A stretch of 64,000 nucleotides of DNA from Lingula anatina (Eukaryota; Animalia; Brachiopoda): the NCBI GenBank assembly GCA_051362555.1, contig CM120640.1, forward strand, positions 1,178,001 to 1,242,000. The letters run 5' to 3'. Positions 59,526 through 64,000 of the stretch are shown here, one piece after another. Numbering within the stretch: the stretch's first letter is position 1; the number at the start of each line of letters is the position of its first letter. Made by a program: the position numbers and the translations under genes. The notes under the pieces were generated by a model that saw only the letters and a program-made list of their open reading frames with translations, did not search any database and had not been told where the DNA came from.

Positions 59526-62076
59526 AGACGCAGATGATGGCTATATGTACAGACACATCTGTGTCTGTACATAAAAAGTGACTTGATTTATGGTGCAAAG
59601 GTTATATATTACAATTTATTACATCATAATAATCGCCAATGACTTTTGTACAAAACTATTCTGCTGAATATTATCCTCTTTTAAGTTAAACCCAGGCATC
59701 TGTGTGTGAACTTTAATTTAACTTCACTACCAACTGTGAATTCCTCACATACCAACAGTTCAACCTCTTATTTGAATAAATTAATAGAAAAAAGCAAGCA
59801 ATGAAGTTTATTTTGAATGATTTATAGCATTCCCCAAACTGAATACTATCTACATCATATAACATTATATACTGTTCAGAAAGGAGTTGATATTATTTTA
59901 CATAAAAATAATAAAACAATATGTATATTAAACATGAAAAGCAAAATAAAGAAAATATACAAAATAATCAGTGTAAGCTGACAACCTGCAACTCAGTACC
60001 TTTGCAATACTAAATAACACATTTCAGTCTCATATCTGTGAAAAAATCATGCAAAACAGACATAATACAAGCCTGAAATGCAGAAAATTACTTGAGAATC
60101 ACATAAAAAGGTAGAAATCTGATTGGGTTTATTTTCCACGTCATTCTAGCACTTCCCAGGAAACCAATCAGTTTGAAGGAATACAGAATGGCCCCTTTCC
60201 TCTTTTTTCCTTGTATGACTTTAGTTAATAAATTTAGAAAAAAGTTTTTAGAAAAACAAGAAAAAGATTTTTTTAAAATACTGGTTTTCAACCTTGCTTT
60301 TTTAACTTTAAATGATTCCAGTAACTCTGGGGATAATAAATTTATAATAATAATAATAACAAGGAGGAGGAAGGTTTTCTACCTTTTGCTGAAACAGGTT
60401 TGAAATACAAGCTAAAAATCAAAAACAGGACTTCAAAAAAAAATCAACCAAATCTTAATTTGCACAAGAACTACAATCCAAGCACAAAGGTAATTCTGTC
60501 ACATCTAAAGCAAAATGGCCAATAATTCATAGCATTAATAAGACATGTACACGGGTCCCTCTCCAGCCTTGGCGACAAGATGGTGACTAAAGATGACGGT
60601 GACTATACACAAAGACTAAGATCTGACATCACATACCATCATCAACCTACCTCAGAACACCCCGATGTCTGGATAAGATAAAAAGTCACATTTGGTTATA
60701 TAACATCTCAATGGAGCCAATTCTTGTGAATAAATGATCAATTAATGTCTGAGGTCAACTTCCTATTTTTCCCAAGAGTACAAAGTAAGAAAATTGTCTA
60801 CAACATTTACTTGGAGAAACAGTGGAGGACTGTTGGTGCAAAAGAACTTCAAGAACCAGATTCTGGTTGCAATTGTTGTTACTTTATGATCATGGTCCCA
60901 TGTTATAAATATATTCAATTTGTTTGAAATAAAATAAACCACCAAAAATAAAACTGGATTTTTCAAATAACCAGATTGGCCAGCCTTATGAAAATATCAC
61001 TTATTTGTTTTAGATCATTTTCCACAATTTACAGACTTCATTCAGAGACCATCAAATCTCTTAGTCCAACAAGTCCAAGTGGCCAGAGGTCTACAAAATG
61101 AAAGGGACAGACTCCTAAAAAGTCCCCTTTCCTCATCACCCACCTGTGTACTCTGCCCCCACCCCATCCCTCCCACCTGCACCCCCTGACCACCCACCTG
61201 TGCCCCCCCTCTCTCCCCCCCCCCCCCCCCCCCCCCCCCGGCCACCCACCTGAGCACTCTGGGCCGCCTCCTGGTCCTGTCTGGAACCCTCTCCTGATCC
61301 TGAGCCCAGCAGGGATGACATAATAATAGTCTTCAGCTGGAAAGATGGATAATAAAAAAATAATATATAAATATAATTACATGTATTTATATTATTACAG
61401 GTATCATACAGACTAAAATAATGTTTCAAGATGCATACAAAATATGTTTAACTTGTATGAGAAGTCAATGAGTCAAAGACTGAATGAAATATTAACAAGC
61501 ACAAAAAATTAATATATCTGCCTGAAGACTTATAAATTCTATTGGTGCATTATCAATTTGCTGCAACTTATCCATATATACATATTCATCAAGTTTCAAA
61601 AATTCTGGATGGCTTAAAATTAAGTTAAGCCTAATGATACAAATTTACAAATCTACTCTCAATCTACACAAGATGAAATTTCAATGAACTTTAAAATATT
61701 TCAAACACAGGCAAGCATATTGCTTACCAGCCACAAAACTTGCTTTATTCTGATGCAAAATTGCATCAATAAAGTGCCTTTAAAAACCTAAAGAAAGATG
61801 AAGAAAGTCTTCAAGAAAGAAAACAATCTTTACCTCACTGTCCTGTTCCTGCCCGTCTGCTCCGAGACCGTGAAGTCTCTCCAGTTGAGAGGACAGCGTC
61901 TGCACCACCTCATCTCTCTGAGCGATCATCTTCTCCATGTTGGCTACCTCACGTAACTTCTCCTCCAGCAGTGCCTCCTTTTCTGTGATAGTTTTGTCTT
62001 TAGCGTCAAGTTTTTTCTTCAGCACCAGAACCTTAGCTCTGGCAGCTTGATCTCCTCCGCTGCTTTCTTCATCTGC
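18799..62076 (-). CDS. GOLGB1: Giant giantin/GOLGB1-like tail-anchored coiled-coil golgin (at least 8,511 aa in window; 5' end outside window)
   Basis: Phase-consistent exons, 5' to 3': 61834-62076, 61250-61336, 56172-56330, 54706-55620, 54121-54238, 51630-51781, 51256-51441, 50847-50976, 50461-50579, 49925-50086, 30877-48367, 30228-30502, 29608-29817, 29064-29219, 23451-27320, 22929-23153, 22424-22600, 21834-22109, 21308-21483, 19818-19983, 19424-19499, 19105-19159, 18799-18910 (25,536 nt). Almost entirely E/Q/K/L heptad sequence. It ends ...RLQRWFNRQSVYLSRRLRMYPRMRNIALLYVILLHALLIACMFGLL*, a C-terminal TM helix with the Y-xxx-LH signature of giantin/golgin-84/CASP. The size points to giantin among these. 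Confidence 0.8.
20130..20150 (-). CDS. Candidate 21-nt golgin microexon (VSVKVV)
   Basis: aatttcag acceptor, GAG|gtatgt donor, phase 2-2 matching the host intron, open frame. Confidence 0.4.
20345..20383 (-). CDS. Candidate 39-nt golgin cassette exon (ESVVDGSRVVTET)
   Basis: tttttctggtttttag acceptor, AC|gtgagt donor, phase 2-2, open frame. Confidence 0.55.
20869..20897. repeat. (CA)n microsatellite
   Basis: Directly visible. Confidence 0.9.
23451..27320 (-). CDS. GOLGB1: Large 3,870-nt coiled-coil exon of the golgin (1,290 codons, phase 0-0)
   Basis: Contains most of ORF 23421..27128; acceptor ccctag at 27321, donor CAG|gtacat at 23450. Confidence 0.9.
29027..29056. repeat. (AAAC)n microsatellite
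   Basis: Directly visible just downstream of a golgin splice donor. Confidence 0.9.
30877..48367 (-). CDS. GOLGB1: Giant 17,491-nt coding exon of the golgin (5,830 codons, phase 0-1)
   Basis: Stop-free ORF 30854..48373; acceptor ttccttgcag at 48368, donor CAAG|gtaaac at 30876; both phases match the flanking exons. Confidence 0.9.
33610..37030 (-). repeat. Coding tandem repeat: about 20 x 171 bp (57 aa), with a 684-bp (228-aa) higher-order unit
   Basis: Motif K[YHN]KEEKxxLIxQLTELQQQ recurs every 57 aa; near-identical DNA blocks 684 bp apart (e.g. 34336, 35020, 35704). Confidence 0.92.
55880..56092. mobile_element. MITE, PIF/Harbinger-like, copy 2 (inverted relative to 4521-4717)
   Basis: Shares acagcttttagtaggcgggacag...ttaagccagcta.gctgacagt...gatagatcgatcta.aatctgtgg.aatgggg with the reverse complement of copy 1. 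Confidence 0.8.
56676..56831. mobile_element. MITE (hAT-like CAGG TIR family), copy 3, nested in HINE-like element
   Basis: Homologous to 6464-6631 and 16838-17001; flanked by direct repeat caataa. Confidence 0.7.
58880..59485. repeat. Tandem repeat of about 156-160-bp units (3 good copies plus 1 degenerate)
   Basis: gtgaaaaaacagcataaattccctaa...catgctgattttcgaacttgacctgc recurs with its cagca landmark at 59036, 59192 and 59352, and degenerate at 58893. Confidence 0.9.
61137..61249 (-). repeat. G-rich tract (about 25-nt poly-G on minus strand) with repeated CAGGTGGG donor-like motifs
   Basis: Poly-C 61215-61239 on the plus strand; four cccacctg motifs. Confidence 0.8.
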
Positions 62077-62794
62077 CTGTACGTCAGAAACAACTTCAAC
62101 ATTTATGGTATTAAACGACTGGCAAGTCTGAATAATTCAATGTTGTTTAATCAATATCCTTGCATGTGCCCTACCTATTATGACAGTTTTGAGAAAAACC
62201 GCAGAACTTGGTTTAATGACAAGGCCAAGTTTTTGGTGCAGTAAACTTCAACAAACTGCCAGAAATGAATCATATGTAGATTTTGTTTCATTCAGCTATC
62301 TGCTAGTCACAACTGTCCGTCACCATGAATATTTCAGTAGTAAAAATACTATGTCAAAGCCAAAACTGCAGCAATTGTTTGATTAATTCATGATATTTGA
62401 AGACAGCATCTGGTGTTTAAGTATACAATACAGGTGAAAATAATACCATTTAAAGAATACAAGCACAACAATGACAGCAAATTATAAGGAGAAAATTGAC
62501 TGAGTGACTATATTTCGTGCCTCCTTACATTGGTATGGTAATGACTCATGATTTTTTCAATAGAAAAAATGTGAATTTATGTACACCTTATCTTTTTAAA
62601 GTTATAAATTCTAAATATTAGCACATTCCTTTTGCAAAAATGAAATTACCTTATAATTACAATTGTATTCTATACAGTTATAGCACCACAAATGCTATAC
62701 AGAAATATATTTTAAATGGTTCCAAAACTGTGTATTTTGAAGACAGATAATTTCCCTATTAAAAAAACAGAGACCCATTAGTGCTGCATTTATA

Positions 62795-62795
<1 letters not shown>

Positions 62796-62837
<42 letters not shown>

Positions 62838-62850
62838 CAAAAAAAAAAAA
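62796..62850. repeat. Poly-T followed by poly-A tract
   Basis: About 42 T then about 12 A, directly visible. Confidence 0.9.
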
Positions 62851-62981
62851 GTTCAAATAAAGATAAATTAAGAGCAAAAACAAGTCAAACAGTTGTCATC
62901 AAAAAACAGCATGATTCTTAGAGGAACTGGTCATCAAATTATGTAATTTTTCAAGAGTTTTGGTCTTGCTGTTTTTGGTTT

Positions 62982-64000
62982 TGCTGTTGCTATTACTCTA
63001 CATAATGTTCTTACTTTTTTGGATCGTAAAATCCCTAACTATGCAAGGTTACTTTTTATTGACTATAGTTCTGCTTTTAACACGATATCGCCTTTTAAAC
63101 TTCACGAAAAACTTATTAACTCTCTCCATTTTAGTAAATCACTAAGTAATTGGATTTTAAATTTCTTAATTAATCGTACACAACAGGTCAGAGTCGGCAA
63201 TAACTTTTCCAAGATTATAGAGATAAATACTGGCACGCCTCAGGGCTGCGTCATTTCGCCTCTCTTATATTCTCTGTTTACATCCGACTGTGTGGCTTCG
63301 TATCCTGATTGCTTGATTGTTAAGTTTGCAGATGATACCACCTGCGCTGGCCTTATTAGCACTTCCGAGTCTGACTATCGAAATCAAGTTTCGGCCCTTG
63401 TTTCATGGTGCTCTGAAAACGACCTCGAGCTTAACGTTAAAAAGACAAAAGAAATTATTGTAGATTTTAGGAAAAACCCAACAGAAATTAGCCATCTTAC
63501 GCTGAATGGTTCTGAGGTTGAAATAGTCAGACATTTCAAATTTCTTGGCATACATATATCTGATGATCTTAAATGGCATATTAACATAGATGATATTGTC
63601 CGCAAAGCTCAGCAAAGACTCTACTTCCTACGACGATTGAGGTCATTCTATGTCAACCAAGAACTGCTGGCAAAATTTTACCGGGCTGTGATTGAGAGTG
63701 TGCTAACACAATCTTTCACCGTCTGGTACAGTAGTGCTACAGTAGAGGACAAGAATCGCCTCAACCGCGTAGTAAAAACTGCCAGGCGCATTGTAGGTAG
63801 GGACCTGCCGTCTATTGAATGTTTGTATACGAGACGAGTGCTCAAGAAAGTAAAGTCAATCACGAGTGACCCTGGTCACCCAGCGAATAGCCTACTTATG
63901 CATATGTCAACAAGCCGACTGCGGTCATTAAAAGCAACCTCCACGCGCACTAAGAATAGTTTTTATCCATCAGCAGTACGTATTTTTAATGAACAAAATG
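62982..64000 (+). mobile_element. 5'-truncated non-LTR retrotransposon, Rex1/Babar clade (reverse transcriptase plus C-terminal region), antisense in a golgin intron
   Basis: Stop-free frame to the window end: YARLLFIDYSSAFNTI...NTGTPQGCVISPLLYSLFTSDC...IVKFADDTT...LELNVKKTKEIIVDFRK...KAQQRLYFLRRLRSF...SFYPSAVRIFN. These are the typical RT motifs and C-terminus of Rex1/Babar elements. Confidence 0.92.

Larger units (their letters stand above)
56517..59577. mobile_element. Helentron/HINE-like element carrying internal satellite-like tandem repeats
   Basis: Starts AACAAG with ATGTACAGACA at 56539-56549, which reappears as the arm of the terminal palindrome tatgtacagacaca-tc-tgtgtctgtacata (59544-59573) followed by an A-run. 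(gacggcgac)n microsatellite at about 59491-59530. Internal 156-160-bp repeats (58880-59485) and degenerate repeats of about 325 bp (57270-58480). Confidence 0.6.

Overview
This is AT-rich, intron-containing animal DNA, probably from a lophotrochozoan such as a mollusc (inferred from the repeat types). It is not prokaryotic, and I found no CRISPR array, rRNA or tRNA. It contains three protein-coding genes. (1) The 5' end of acetyl-CoA carboxylase on the minus strand, running off the left edge. (2) A complete calcium-responsive transcription factor (CaRF) gene on the plus strand, 11 coding exons and about 622 aa, head-to-head with ACC across a CpG-rich promoter. (3) A giantin/GOLGB1-type tail-anchored golgin on the minus strand whose 5' end lies beyond the right edge. 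Hand-splicing 23 phase-consistent exons gives at least 8,511 aa, including one uninterrupted 17,491-nt coding exon that carries a 57-aa/228-aa higher-order repeat. Introns hold two Harbinger-like MITE families, a hAT-like MITE family, two Helentron/HINE-like elements and a 5'-truncated but open Rex1/Babar LINE. The most notable findings are the roughly 1-MDa golgin with a potentially skippable giant-exon module, candidate ACC cassette exons that would rewrite the kinase motif upstream of the Ser79-equivalent, and CaRF-type CGAGG motifs in the shared ACC/CaRF promoter. All gene models were read by eye and need RNA evidence.
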